Virus record (IMG/VR): IMGVR_UViG_3300042991_001118 | Coordinates: 52,167 to 116,166 of that record | DNA length: 64,000 nt | Source: a virus | Reading direction: 5' to 3' (one strand) | Shown here: in pieces, positions 35,915-46,438 of the stretch | Position numbering within the stretch: the stretch's first letter is position 1 | Layout of the letters: every line of letters begins with the position of its first letter | Program-made: the position numbers and the translations under genes | Notes under the pieces: model-generated | What the model was told of the DNA's origin: nothing | What the model saw: the letters and a program-made list of their open reading frames with translations, nothing else | Database searches by the model: none

Positions 35915-38197
35915 TTAGCTTCCGCCTCCAATAAATCCTGTTAATGCGAATTTGATATCTGGTCCGGTACGTATCGGGACATCCTGTGATGCTTTTTGAC
36001 GTAATAAGTCTTTCAACAATGCGACCTCTTCTCTCAATAAAGAGATGATTGTCCGATTGATTTCCGTGTTATCATCCACCACGATTTTAGATTGTGTCGG
36101 GAACATCGTTGGTAAAATTTCTTGGATAATCTCTGGCTTTAACGGCAAAATCATTTCTGGACCAGCTTCTCCGACAATTGCCCTGGTCGGAGTGCGAACT
36201 ACCCCACCTTCGGCAAAAGGCGTTGGAAGTTCTAATCCGAACAAAGAGGCTAAAGATTCGCCGATAATGGGAATTTGTCCTGTTAAGGCATATCGTAATG
36301 GTTCAACGAGAGATGTATTGATAAGGCTTTTCATTATCTCTAAAGGCGATTGAATTAGGGATAGCATAGATGAGAAAACGCTTCCGACATTGTCAATGGC
36401 TGAATCGAAGCCGAGCACAGACATCACGCTGGAACCGAAACTTGAGAAAAAATCTAAGACAGCATTGAATGCGTCAGATACAGCCGTAGGCAACCACGTA
36501 AAAAATTTCCCAATATTGACGAAAATATCATCGAATACCCCGACAACGGTTTCGCCATATTCTCGGAAAACATCCCCTAAGATTTCAGAAAACCACTCGA
36601 CCACAAATGCTGCAAGTTCCAAAATCTTCGACAAAGCCCAAATCACAGGAGGCAAAACTTTGCTGAACACATTGGCTAAGATTTTTACGATTGCGCTTAG
36701 TGCTGGTGCCAATGCGATAGCTAATTGCCCTATCGCTCTAAATGCCTTTTCCAACACAGGCATGACATCCACTAAGGCTTCGCCAATGGTCTTTAGGAGA
36801 GGAGGCAACGCAGTCGCCAATGTCGAGAAAACGGTCTTCCATACCGAGAATATTGTCTGTAAAAGTGTGCGAATTGCTGGCAGCAAAGAATTTACCAAAT
36901 TTTTAAAAACCGGAGCCAAGACCGTTCCAATTTCTCTAAAAATAGGGACTAAGGTCTTTGCCATTTCCTGAACAATTCCAATCATTTCGGAAAACAATGG
37001 TGTCAGGATAGGGATAATTGTCTCCATGATAAAAGAAAACATCCCGACTAAAATCTCTCCTATTCCAGACACCACTTGGCTCATGAAATTTAATCCTTCT
37101 GAAAATCCTTTGCTTTCAGTCATGAGTTTATTGACATAATCCAATGATTTCAAAAGAATTTCTGATATTGCCAAGAAAAATGGAGTCAAAACTCTGGCAA
37201 CAACTTCCGAAAGCCTGCCCGCCAGTTGCAGTAGAATATTTGACATTGGTTCAAAAACTGTTTCTATCGTTTCTGAAACTACAGAAAATGCTTCAAACAT
37301 GCTTCCAAATTCGTCGCCTGAACCCCAGACAAATTTTTTAATCATCGCGAGGGCGGCACCGACACCAGTCACTTGAAGTGCAAAAGTCACAAATTTCTGG
37401 GCTCCCATGAGGGCATAAGTAATCCCAGATATTTTCCCAAGGAATAGCGTAATATCTTTGCTTTTTTGGTAAAGTGTAACCCCTAAATCTAAGGCAATTT
37501 TGCCGACAGCCAACATAGAAATCCCTGCATTTTGGAAGGTATTTAAAATTGCGGATCCATAAGATTTTAAAAAATCGATACCCTTTCCGATCATTTGAGG
37601 TATTTCTACTACGGTCTTCGCTACACCTAAACTCGCAACCTTTGCCATTAACCAGGTACCTTCGATTGCCTTTGCGACTTTGGGATAGTTTGTTAATACG
37701 TGGTTGATTGTTGTATCATATATTTCTTTAGACAGTTGATATGCTTTTCCTATCGTCGCAGCATAAGTTTTTTCCGCAAAATCCGAGACGAATCCATATG
37801 CAATATTAAATTTCTCTTTCACGAAATCCACTGCTATGGATGCCTTATCTTTCATTTCAGAAATCGCCTTATTCAAAGGCGATAAAAAACTGTTTTGCAA
37901 TTGCGTGAAAATAGCAGGTTGAGAAATTCCCATAACCTTTGCCAGGTCTGCATACCAAATCTCTAAATTAGACAATGCTTTATTATATTGGATAGACAGA
38001 GATTGATTTATCCCAGACGTGCTTTTATCTATAAGTTCTACGGCTTTTTCTGGAAGACTCTTAGCGGACTCAAATCCATCCTGAATCCCTTTAATAATGT
38101 CTAAAGAGGCTTTTTCAACTCTTGAAAGTTGACTCTCAAAAGCTGGTAACTCCCTTAGTCCAAACAAAACCTCTATTGTGTTCAATGTGTCTGACAT
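35915..38197 (-). CDS. tape measure protein
   Basis: Long amphipathic repeats; FAEGGVV..PT.AIVGEAGPEMILPL. Confidence 0.8.
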   Translation of the reverse strand: MSDTLNTIEVLFGLRELPAFESQLSRVEKASLDIIKGIQDGFESAKSLPEKAVELIDKSTSGINQSLSIQYNKALSNLEIWYADLAKVMGISQPAIFTQLQNSFLSPLNKAISEMKDKASIAVDFVKEKFNIAYGFVSDFAEKTYAATIGKAYQLSKEIYDTTINHVLTNYPKVAKAIEGTWLMAKVASLGVAKTVVEIPQMIGKGIDFLKSYGSAILNTFQNAGISMLAVGKIALDLGVTLYQKSKDITLFLGKISGITYALMGAQKFVTFALQVTGVGAALAMIKKFVWGSGDEFGSMFEAFSVVSETIETVFEPMSNILLQLAGRLSEVVARVLTPFFLAISEILLKSLDYVNKLMTESKGFSEGLNFMSQVVSGIGEILVGMFSFIMETIIPILTPLFSEMIGIVQEMAKTLVPIFREIGTVLAPVFKNLVNSLLPAIRTLLQTIFSVWKTVFSTLATALPPLLKTIGEALVDVMPVLEKAFRAIGQLAIALAPALSAIVKILANVFSKVLPPVIWALSKILELAAFVVEWFSEILGDVFREYGETVVGVFDDIFVNIGKFFTWLPTAVSDAFNAVLDFFSSFGSSVMSVLGFDSAIDNVGSVFSSMLSLIQSPLEIMKSLINTSLVEPLRYALTGQIPIIGESLASLFGLELPTPFAEGGVVRTPTRAIVGEAGPEMILPLKPEIIQEILPTMFPTQSKIVVDDNTEINRTIISLLREEVALLKDLLRQKASQDVPIRTGPDIKFALTGFIGGGS

Positions 38198-38198
38198 C

Positions 38199-38399
38199 TT
38201 AGCGACTCCTCATTTTATGCTCTTGTGCATGCTGCGCGTCTTCCATTTGTTTCTTTTGCTCTTTGGCTCTTTTTACATATCTTCGGATATAGTCGTCTCT
38301 TTGCCATGGAACCATCGTTGCCCATTCATCATAAGACCGTGAACAATAGAACATTAAATCTGCTCTTTGTTCACGGATATCTTCTAATCTAGGAACCAA
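38199..38399 (-). CDS. tail chaperone C-terminal segment (possible frameshift extension)
   Basis: W..M....R..YI motif; lies between chaperone and tape measure; TTG start. Confidence 0.55.
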   Translation of the reverse strand: MVPRLEDIREQRADLMFYCSRSYDEWATMVPWQRDDYIRRYVKRAKEQKKQMEDAQHAQEHKMRSR

Positions 38400-39129
38400 G
38401 GCTCCGAAAAAAGTCTAAAGGCAACTCCACTGCGAATTTAGCGTTGCACTCCGGACAGGCAACCTCTGTTCGCGTATTGTAACCAGTCTCTTTTTCTTTA
38501 ATTGCACGGCGGAACACACGCAAGTCGCCACCTAGTGCCTTTTCAATCCAAGACATCTTTTCCATATCCGTCATGTTTTGATTCCCGTTAATCGCAATAA
38601 TATGCTGTGCCAAAGTATACGTTTCTGTTTTATTCTTGGGCAAATTGAAACGGGATTGCTCTGAACTGAAATTTTCGATGATTTGCCAATCTCTCATCCT
38701 TAACATCCGAAACGTAACTTTGTGTTTTTCCATTGGCAATTCTTCTGTATCAAATGGCTCTTGCCATTTAGCACCAGTTGGAGCCATAACACATTTTAAA
38801 TCGGTCATTTTCTTAGAGACAGACACGCTTTTATTGCATCCAGGACATGTTGGATTCAATTTTACGTCAGGGCCGTAAGAAAAAGAAAAAATATTTATGA
38901 GTAAAGCAAACCAGTCATTGATGAGGAGGTCTTGAGAATTGAATTTTTGTGGAAATTGCACAAGCTCAGAAATCAAATGGTGAAGCAAAACTATATGATT
39001 TTGCTTTCCACTTCCCGCAAATAATTCTTCTTGTTCTCCACGGATTGGTAAAATAATCACATTCCCATCTGGGATCGCTCCTTGGTACAGGATACCACGT
39101 GATGGCAATGTATATGGTAATGATAACAT
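38389..39129 (-). CDS. tail assembly chaperone / T4 gp26-like protein
   Basis: LPSRG..Y, CP.C...CPEC, ends LDFFR. Confidence 0.7.
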   Translation of the reverse strand: MLSLPYTLPSRGILYQGAIPDGNVIILPIRGEQEELFAGSGKQNHIVLLHHLISELVQFPQKFNSQDLLINDWFALLINIFSFSYGPDVKLNPTCPGCNKSVSVSKKMTDLKCVMAPTGAKWQEPFDTEELPMEKHKVTFRMLRMRDWQIIENFSSEQSRFNLPKNKTETYTLAQHIIAINGNQNMTDMEKMSWIEKALGGDLRVFRRAIKEKETGYNTRTEVACPECNAKFAVELPLDFFRSLGS

Positions 39130-39154
39130 TCTGTGTCCCTTTCACCTTATGCTT

Positions 39155-39757
39155 TTATATTTGGCTTGTCTCGCCTTGGAATGCTGGAGTTCCAATCGTT
39201 ACAACTTCGACAATATCGCTAAATTTTTCTTCAAACCAGTCTACCGAAAAACTCATATCGATTGTGACTAGACTTCCAGACTTGTAGTCCACATTAGGGA
39301 ATGAAGGGTCTTGCGTTGGCCAAAGCCCATGCATCTCATATTTCATTCTTGGCATGCCATTCCGGTCAAAAAGTATCGCCACACCATCTGCTTTTAAATC
39401 AGATACTGGTGCGCCAAGTCCTGTTCTCTCGTCAAAAACTAGGTCAAACCATTTATGCAATACCCTGCGCTGTCTACCATTTATGTAGTCATTAAAAGTG
39501 CAAGACAAATCACCAGCTTTCCCAACTTTCCCAGGATAATTGACGCTGCCAAACAAATAATTGATCGTCTCAGGAGATACTTTTCGAGTTTCAGGCAATT
39601 TAAAATCAGATAAGCCAATCATTAGGGCCGCCTTACCTTCCGGTATACCAATTCGTGAAAGATGCAATTCTAGCATCCCCATATTGGACATCTGAGGCGC
39701 AAGACCAAGAGACCCCAATGCCGTCGCATTGAAATCATAATTTAATTGTACCGCCAT
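39155..39757 (-). CDS. tail tube protein (gp19-like)
   Basis: YPGK, W.DLV.D, GLWPT, FSVD; follows sheath. Confidence 0.75.
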   Translation of the reverse strand: MAVQLNYDFNATALGSLGLAPQMSNMGMLELHLSRIGIPEGKAALMIGLSDFKLPETRKVSPETINYLFGSVNYPGKVGKAGDLSCTFNDYINGRQRRVLHKWFDLVFDERTGLGAPVSDLKADGVAILFDRNGMPRMKYEMHGLWPTQDPSFPNVDYKSGSLVTIDMSFSVDWFEEKFSDIVEVVTIGTPAFQGETSQI

Positions 39758-39767
39758 TTTTTACTCC

Positions 39768-42746
39768 TTAACCTGCTGGCGCAACATCGGCAAAACTTGC
39801 ATTTGTCGGTGTATAAATCATTTGGAATTCGATTTCTTCCGCAGCCTCAGCGAACTGTAAGAAAATTTTACACAAGGCTTTCTTTTGGGCAATAGAATCT
39901 GCCGTATTCGTTGTGCTGTCACACAATACCTGGAAATCATATATCCCACGTGCGGCTTTTATAGGACGCAATATACTCTCGACCATTGCTGAAATTTCAC
40001 GCCACAAAATCGAGTCGTTTAGCTCAAAGACAAAAGAACGGCCAATTCTGACAAGTTCCGCAGCAATTAAATTTGCAGTCCAACGGGAATGTATCCTATC
40101 CATCGATGTGGCTTTCCTCGCCATGGTATTTTCACCATACAGATAAATTCCATCACCGATAAACTCGACGATAGGATTGACAACCTCTATGTTGTCTCCA
40201 TACAGCCCTAGCATGCGTTCTCTCTCACCCTCATCTGGTGAATACCGGAGATCATCGACGTTGATATTCCCACGACCAATTCCGGACATCGGATACCATG
40301 GTTTGAACTGGATGTCAATTCGGGCCATCAATGCTAAAATATCTCCCTCAGGAGGCTCCCAGACATTTTTGTCTGAATACTGGTCGTAGTAATTTAGCCA
40401 GCCATAGAAACACATTGCCTGGTCTGAATTGATAGAGGCGAGAGGAGGATAAGGAACATCTGCCATAGGGATTGCTGAACCACCAGGTGTAATGGCATTG
40501 TATTCTCCATTCACGAAGGCTTTTGCATTATCACTATGCGGCAAATCCGGAATAGAGAAAATCCACATCCCTCTTCTGGCTTCCATCATCTCAATTCCTG
40601 CCAATTGTATCTGTCGATGGAATAGCCCTGGAGCCGTAGCGACATGTAGTGGCACTAATTCTGGATTAGCGAATAACTGTAATCCAGTCGAAACAGCTTC
40701 GATTTTTGTCCCAATTACATCCGACAACGTAAAAGCCCCAGACATCCCAATCTTTTGTCCGACGTAAGAATCATAGGAGACATCAGGTTCGCCCTGGAAA
40801 GCAGTTTCTTCCAATGTGATATACCTGGAACCATTTTCAGAATCATTCACTGTTTCAACTAATTCCTTCATGGTTTTCAAGCTATCAAAAGTTTCAATCG
40901 CCGTGGTTCCGGATCCATGGTTAAACATAACTCGTAATCGATACCATTGTGAAGATTCAGGGTCTTCTGGCGAGGATTCGCTTTTATCAATCCAAACGTA
41001 TAGTCCATCTGACAATATATCTCTCTCGTTTCCAATCGGACCAGGATATTTACTCGTGCTATGCAAAACTATTGCGTCTGAATAAATTTGGATAGGGTAA
41101 GCCAACGCGGGTGCGCCTATAAACGTGATAGAGAATTCTCCTGTGTTGTAATCAATCGAACCCGAACCACCAGAACCCTCAATATTCCCATCCCCATCAT
41201 CTACTAACGGAGATGTTCCGACTGCATAATAAATTTCTAAAGAACCAAGCTTTACAGGATATTCCTCAAGTGTTCCAGAAAACTCTAAGGTTGTTGAATC
41301 GCCATAAAAAACCGTCGCATGTCTGAAAAACGCATCATATGATCCGCCATCTTCTAGTCCAGGGATGTAATCTCCAAGTGTCACAAAAGTGTGTACCAAC
41401 GTCCACGAACCGGTTTGGTAATTTAAAGCACCAATAACCGAGCTTCCAGATAGAACGCCAGTGCCATCATCTCGGACAAAAATGTCATATCTCGCGATGA
41501 TAAGGGCTAAATTCTTCACGTTTGAGTTGAACTGGAACGCCACGGAACCACTTTGGTAATTGATGGTGCCAGGAATCGCCACATCTCCACTAAAGGTGCC
41601 ATCGACTGCATCTGTCGCGGTCATTTCGATAGAAGATGTGTTTAAGGCTTTTATACTCAAAGAACCAGGCTTAATATTCGCTCCCAAATTTATCGCATAT
41701 GAAGCCGATGCTCCATCGCCGATATCGCATTGATCTTTACGGGGAACCAAAACCGTAAAAAATCCTGGACGTATTCCATTCCTAGATATTATTCCAGAAT
41801 AACTCAATTGTGTAGACGACGTACTCCCAATAATTTCATTCGTTCCACTCTTATAGGAGACTATAATATTCGCGGTCGGCGCAGCATTGAATGTGACAGT
41901 CCAATCTCCTGTTTCGTAATTTATCCTGCCTGTACCACCATCATCTCCTGTTAAAATCCCTAGTCCGTTATCCGTAAAAGATTCGGCAGGCGTGGCGGTG
42001 CTTATTGTAAAAGTCCCTGGAGCAATCACCCTACCTTCGGAACGGGAAAATTCTAATTCCGTGTTCGCTGGGATTGTATAGCCCCAAGAATTCCTAGCGG
42101 AAATTCCTCCGGAAGATGAGCTACTTGATTTAGATGACGCGAAGGCACCATCATTTCCACCATTCAGCACCATTGGAACCATAACACCAGAAATCGGATC
42201 CAATGTCGAATCAGGGAACAACGCACCAGCATCTTCATGAAGTTCAACCGTGACATATGAAGGGGATGCGTTCATCACGTTCTTTATCGTAGAATTCGTA
42301 AGGTTAATAAATTTTTGTACTGGTTTGTCCAAAAAATAAATGTACACGTTGTATGAAGTCGCTGGACTTCCATTATGCGTAATGTTGATTTTTACCTGCC
42401 CGTTTGCCCAGGTACCAGCAGACGCTGCCTTAAACGTGATAATTGGGATATTCTGTCCAGAAACAACTTTGTATTGCGATACCGACGCGTATTCCAACAA
42501 GGTACCAGCGATGCGAATCGCATTGAGCCTATTCCCATATCGCAAATATCGTATTCCCGCACACACCATGTGTTCGCCATCTATTGGGCGACCAAAGGCA
42601 GAAACTAAATTACCCTCATCTGTAAAGGTAAGCCGTTGGTTCACTGGACCCTTGGCCGCCGCACCAATTATCCCAACAATTGCGTTAGAATTAGCTGGCG
42701 CGTACGCCGATAGGTCAAATTCTCGTACTTTAACTCCTGCAACCAT
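39768..42746 (-). CDS. tail sheath protein (gp18-like) with large insertion
   Basis: GVKVREFDLS, KGPVN, FG.P, G.WAN; PW....G..RG, VNPI, FE.ND, CD.TTNT. Confidence 0.92.
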   Translation of the reverse strand: MVAGVKVREFDLSAYAPANSNAIVGIIGAAAKGPVNQRLTFTDEGNLVSAFGRPIDGEHMVCAGIRYLRYGNRLNAIRIAGTLLEYASVSQYKVVSGQNIPIITFKAASAGTWANGQVKINITHNGSPATSYNVYIYFLDKPVQKFINLTNSTIKNVMNASPSYVTVELHEDAGALFPDSTLDPISGVMVPMVLNGGNDGAFASSKSSSSSSGGISARNSWGYTIPANTELEFSRSEGRVIAPGTFTISTATPAESFTDNGLGILTGDDGGTGRINYETGDWTVTFNAAPTANIIVSYKSGTNEIIGSTSSTQLSYSGIISRNGIRPGFFTVLVPRKDQCDIGDGASASYAINLGANIKPGSLSIKALNTSSIEMTATDAVDGTFSGDVAIPGTINYQSGSVAFQFNSNVKNLALIIARYDIFVRDDGTGVLSGSSVIGALNYQTGSWTLVHTFVTLGDYIPGLEDGGSYDAFFRHATVFYGDSTTLEFSGTLEEYPVKLGSLEIYYAVGTSPLVDDGDGNIEGSGGSGSIDYNTGEFSITFIGAPALAYPIQIYSDAIVLHSTSKYPGPIGNERDILSDGLYVWIDKSESSPEDPESSQWYRLRVMFNHGSGTTAIETFDSLKTMKELVETVNDSENGSRYITLEETAFQGEPDVSYDSYVGQKIGMSGAFTLSDVIGTKIEAVSTGLQLFANPELVPLHVATAPGLFHRQIQLAGIEMMEARRGMWIFSIPDLPHSDNAKAFVNGEYNAITPGGSAIPMADVPYPPLASINSDQAMCFYGWLNYYDQYSDKNVWEPPEGDILALMARIDIQFKPWYPMSGIGRGNINVDDLRYSPDEGERERMLGLYGDNIEVVNPIVEFIGDGIYLYGENTMARKATSMDRIHSRWTANLIAAELVRIGRSFVFELNDSILWREISAMVESILRPIKAARGIYDFQVLCDSTTNTADSIAQKKALCKIFLQFAEAAEEIEFQMIYTPTNASFADVAPAG

Positions 42747-42761
42747 TTTGTATCCTCTCTA

Positions 42762-43463
42762 CTATTCTGGTTCAGTTTCCGCTTTAAAAATCGTCTCTTC
42801 TGAGACTTTATCGATAAATTCGCATACTATCCCATGCGCGACTGGTACGGAATAGTATTGATGTGGAATCCATCCAAATAGAGTAAATGTGAAGGTTAGC
42901 CTGATTTCTGATTGTCTAAGTCCGCTATCCTCTAACGAGGAATTATCTACTAGACTATCTTCCTGTAAGAGTAAATCTTGATATCCTAAGATTTTAGCAA
43001 AAGAAAAAACATCATTGGGCGGTTGATACCATCTAGAATCTGTAAAATCTACAGGGATACCCGACCATCCGTCAACAAATAATCTTCTGAGTTGGAATTC
43101 AATAATCCCAGATTGCGTTAAATCTTTGCAATAAATATTGACTTCGCATTTTGATTTTACATACGATGGACTCCTCATCGCGTATCCAAACGAGGAATTT
43201 TTATTTGGAGTTATCCTATAAATTCCCTGTCCAGATAATTCTTTCGCTTCAACAAATGGGTCTCTCCAGGCCGCCATGAATGGACGTGGTATAGATGCCT
43301 CTCCGGAGGATACGCTGATTTCAACATTCCTTTCACGTTTGTACCACTCTCTGATTTGCGCATAGGCACGATCGCCTCCAGACCAGACACATGGTACGGC
43401 CTTCCCGTTCCATTTTATCTGTTGCATAAACCTCAAGATTGCATCGTTATATATTTCCATCAT
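42762..43463 (-). CDS. tail terminator/sheath stabiliser-like protein
   Basis: Upstream of sheath; C-terminal FTFTLFGW. Confidence 0.5.
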   Translation of the reverse strand: MMEIYNDAILRFMQQIKWNGKAVPCVWSGGDRAYAQIREWYKRERNVEISVSSGEASIPRPFMAAWRDPFVEAKELSGQGIYRITPNKNSSFGYAMRSPSYVKSKCEVNIYCKDLTQSGIIEFQLRRLFVDGWSGIPVDFTDSRWYQPPNDVFSFAKILGYQDLLLQEDSLVDNSSLEDSGLRQSEIRLTFTFTLFGWIPHQYYSVPVAHGIVCEFIDKVSEETIFKAETEPE

Positions 43464-43479
43464 GGCCTATATTCCAGTC

Positions 43480-44679
43480 CTATTCTTCGATATAGAAAAC
43501 AGCATAGAGATCAATTGTGATATTTTCATTTCCTGCCGTAGTCGCCCACGTTGCAGATGTGTCAATCATCGCGCCTAATTTTTGTCCAGAACCGAATACA
43601 GGCGTTCCACTATAATGACTAATAGGTATCGAATTTATTTGTTCAGAAGGAGCTATAGAATCAAGCTGTATCTGCAATTCTGTATCAGTAGATGCAACCC
43701 CCTCAAAAGACGGCTTCGCCGTAAGGATACCAGCCGACCTAGGAGAAGATGATTGGACTGCTATTCCAACGATGAATCCGGCTAGTGGCATAACGATTGA
43801 TTGTCTTGAACCACTTTCGGAATGAACTGGAGCATCGACTTGGCTTTGGCCTGCGCCATTCCATTTCACGAAGGTGTATCTTATCGGAACAGTAATTTTG
43901 TCCGCTAAAGACAAAACAGGGTTGGTAGAATTTAAAGCATATTGAGAATGCTCTATAGCGTCAAAATCATTCTGTACCAAGTGGTAATATCCAGACGATG
44001 GGTCTCCACCATCTAGTCCAGACAACCCATTATGGTTCGCACCACTGCTCCACAGTACAATTTCGGATCCATTATAGGTATAGTGATTGCTGTCAGATTC
44101 TAGTAAAAATGCTGCTCCTGCCGTTAGGGTAATCGCGACAACAGATGTCCCGTTGTACTGGTATATCTTATTATCATGAGCATACGCACCACTATCTCCA
44201 GAAGTATCACTTCCATCAGACATGAAAACATAGCGTTCCCCAGTTGGGATGTCTGTTGCTGCACCCCACGCGCCAGAAGCTGATATGTAGATTTTCTTGT
44301 CAAAAGTATTTAGGCATATCTCGCCATCAACTGTAGGAGTTCCAGTTGGAGCACCAGTCGTGCTTTTTACATACTGAATTGGGAACTGCACTGAATTTTG
44401 CCAATCAAGACCATTGATATTGTCTTGTAAATACTGGACAGTTGCGAACCGATCTGTATTGCTTGGAGTATAACCTGTAGGTCCAAAGGCCGCAGCTTTT
44501 TGATCTGCTGTGAGCATCCTTGTGTCTGTTGTTGTAACAAATGCGTTCAACGCACCAGGTGTTCCATAAGAACCAGCCAATGCAGCCTTTTCTCCAGACG
44601 ATGGCACCAACGTTGGGTCAATCACGACATCGGGAGTCATCGTTCCATTTAAAACGCGAAAAATCTTTTCGTTCGCCAT
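43480..44679 (-). CDS. virion fibre/decoration protein
   Basis: GLDWQNSV motif; short motifs shared with the fibres. Confidence 0.5.
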   Translation of the reverse strand: MANEKIFRVLNGTMTPDVVIDPTLVPSSGEKAALAGSYGTPGALNAFVTTTDTRMLTADQKAAAFGPTGYTPSNTDRFATVQYLQDNINGLDWQNSVQFPIQYVKSTTGAPTGTPTVDGEICLNTFDKKIYISASGAWGAATDIPTGERYVFMSDGSDTSGDSGAYAHDNKIYQYNGTSVVAITLTAGAAFLLESDSNHYTYNGSEIVLWSSGANHNGLSGLDGGDPSSGYYHLVQNDFDAIEHSQYALNSTNPVLSLADKITVPIRYTFVKWNGAGQSQVDAPVHSESGSRQSIVMPLAGFIVGIAVQSSSPRSAGILTAKPSFEGVASTDTELQIQLDSIAPSEQINSIPISHYSGTPVFGSGQKLGAMIDTSATWATTAGNENITIDLYAVFYIEE

Positions 44680-44689
44680 GAATTTTCCT

Positions 44690-45250
44690 TTATGTTTTGA
44701 TAGTTAAATTTACCGTGATATTCGATTCTTGCGGTTCTGAAACAGGATCGCCAGTTAAAGAAACCTCAAGAAACGAACCCAAAACAAAACTATGTGTTAC
44801 CGTTGCTTCAAAAAAGCTCCGTGATGGATTTCCAGAATTTAAAATCAGTTCCATTTCAGGAATAACCACCCCGTTTATTGAAGGGGATGCCTTAACGAAA
44901 CCAGCAGTAATTGGATTAGAGGACAAGATTTCAATAGATGATAATTTTCCAGAAGAAGGCGGATAAATTTTTGTGTCATTTCCTAATGCGTCATAACATA
45001 CAACAATAGGACTTCTTGTGTTAAAAAGCCAATATTTGAAAGTAAAAATACACAGGCCATTTGAACTGCCGCCTCCGCCATTTGACAACACAACAAATCC
45101 AGATTCAAGTCCAGCGACAACACCAATTCCAGGCACAAAAAAAATTCTGCCTATTTGCTCTGGTCCAAAAGTTGGAATTATAGAAACGTGTTCTAATTTA
45201 AAATTCCAAGCCTGGAATAATTGATAATTTTCATTTCCTGTGTGTTTCAT
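44690..45250 (-). CDS. putative virion protein
   Basis: C-terminal half resembles the C-terminus of 43480..44679. Confidence 0.45.
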   Translation of the reverse strand: MKHTGNENYQLFQAWNFKLEHVSIIPTFGPEQIGRIFFVPGIGVVAGLESGFVVLSNGGGGSSNGLCIFTFKYWLFNTRSPIVVCYDALGNDTKIYPPSSGKLSSIEILSSNPITAGFVKASPSINGVVIPEMELILNSGNPSRSFFEATVTHSFVLGSFLEVSLTGDPVSEPQESNITVNLTIKT

Positions 45251-45260
45251 GCTGTGCCTT

Positions 45261-45464
45261 TTAGCTTATTGGAGTTTCTTGAAATTTCTGGATTCCAGAA
45301 TTCCAATACGCATCTTTTTCTTCAATGGAATATCCTATATTTTCGACAGTGGATATGATTTCCTCTGTGTCCGGGAGAAAACTCCCATCATTTGTAAAAT
45401 CACAATATCCATATCTGAGTACTTTTTTAGTCAATTTATCTAATACAAATGATTGCTCTATCAT
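45261..45464 (-). CDS. hypothetical protein
   Basis: Coupled ORF. Confidence 0.5.
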   Translation of the reverse strand: MIEQSFVLDKLTKKVLRYGYCDFTNDGSFLPDTEEIISTVENIGYSIEEKDAYWNSGIQKFQETPIS

Positions 45465-45682
45465 TTTATATCTTTGCTATGGTTTTCCCTGCTCCAGGAA
45501 TCCAAAATTCTATATTGCAAATCCAACATATGGTGATCGTTGTACACGTTAATTTGAGAATCAAATTTCGCGATTTCTCCACTTCGATAAATCGCTGCGG
45601 AAAAAATAAAATCTACACCAGCTTCCCTTAATTCCTGTAACATAGATAGAGATTCTTTTAAAATTTCTTCTTTCTCTTTCAT
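45461..45682 (-). CDS. hypothetical protein
   Basis: Coupled ORF. Confidence 0.5.
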   Translation of the reverse strand: MKEKEEILKESLSMLQELREAGVDFIFSAAIYRSGEIAKFDSQINVYNDHHMLDLQYRILDSWSRENHSKDIK

Positions 45683-45685
45683 AAT

Positions 45686-46435
45686 TTACTCCACATATCC
45701 CAAAACATCGACATATGATGCCCCGCCACCACCACCACTTGTCATTCTATAATCAATACTAGCAGATGATATTATTGGAAAACAAAGCATATTACATGCA
45801 TTAACTTCAACTCTGTTATATACATTTACATTAGAATCCGTTGGTCTAAAATATCCGATCTTCCTTGTGCATCTTATTTGTACAAATATTTTCTTTGCGG
45901 TAACTGGTACCAATGTTGAGCAATCTATCGTTGTATATATAGTCGCAGAACCGCCCGCAAGTACCCTTAGAACAGTATCGCTCTCATTTATCCAAACATA
46001 TTCTAAATTTTGTTGGTTCCGTCCAGAAAAAAAATTGTAAAAATGTCCCGAAAGATTATTTCTAACTATGCCCACACGCCTTTTCTTTGTAAATCCAGAT
46101 GGTAAAGTTGGAGTGGTATCGCTAATTGAAAAAACACCTGCAATTTCTTTCGTAGTCGGGTTGTATATCACGAAAACATAATACCATGTAGAGACTGCCT
46201 CAGAACCTGAATCCAATCCATTTTTACCGGAAACGGATATGTCCATGGATATCTGCGACGTTATAGATAAATTGGTATACTCCTCATCATCCAAAACTAT
46301 ATGCCCCGTATCAATTTTAATGGAGGAATTAGAAATCCAAATTAAACGACAATTATAAATATATCCAGGAGGATATGATGGATCGAATTCTTCATACCCA
46401 ACGGCATGTATAGCTATCGGTAATCTCTTTCCCAT
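45686..46435 (-). CDS. fibre-like virion protein
   Basis: NGLDSGSEA.STWYYV...PTLPSGFTKKRRVG. Confidence 0.6.
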   Translation of the reverse strand: MGKRLPIAIHAVGYEEFDPSYPPGYIYNCRLIWISNSSIKIDTGHIVLDDEEYTNLSITSQISMDISVSGKNGLDSGSEAVSTWYYVFVIYNPTTKEIAGVFSISDTTPTLPSGFTKKRRVGIVRNNLSGHFYNFFSGRNQQNLEYVWINESDTVLRVLAGGSATIYTTIDCSTLVPVTAKKIFVQIRCTRKIGYFRPTDSNVNVYNRVEVNACNMLCFPIISSASIDYRMTSGGGGGASYVDVLGYVE

Positions 46436-46438
46436 TTA

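Noticed and set aside
27308-43463. Tail cluster as a bacterial contractile injection system or tailocin
   Set aside because: Capsid, portal, protease and terminase genes are present, so it is a phage
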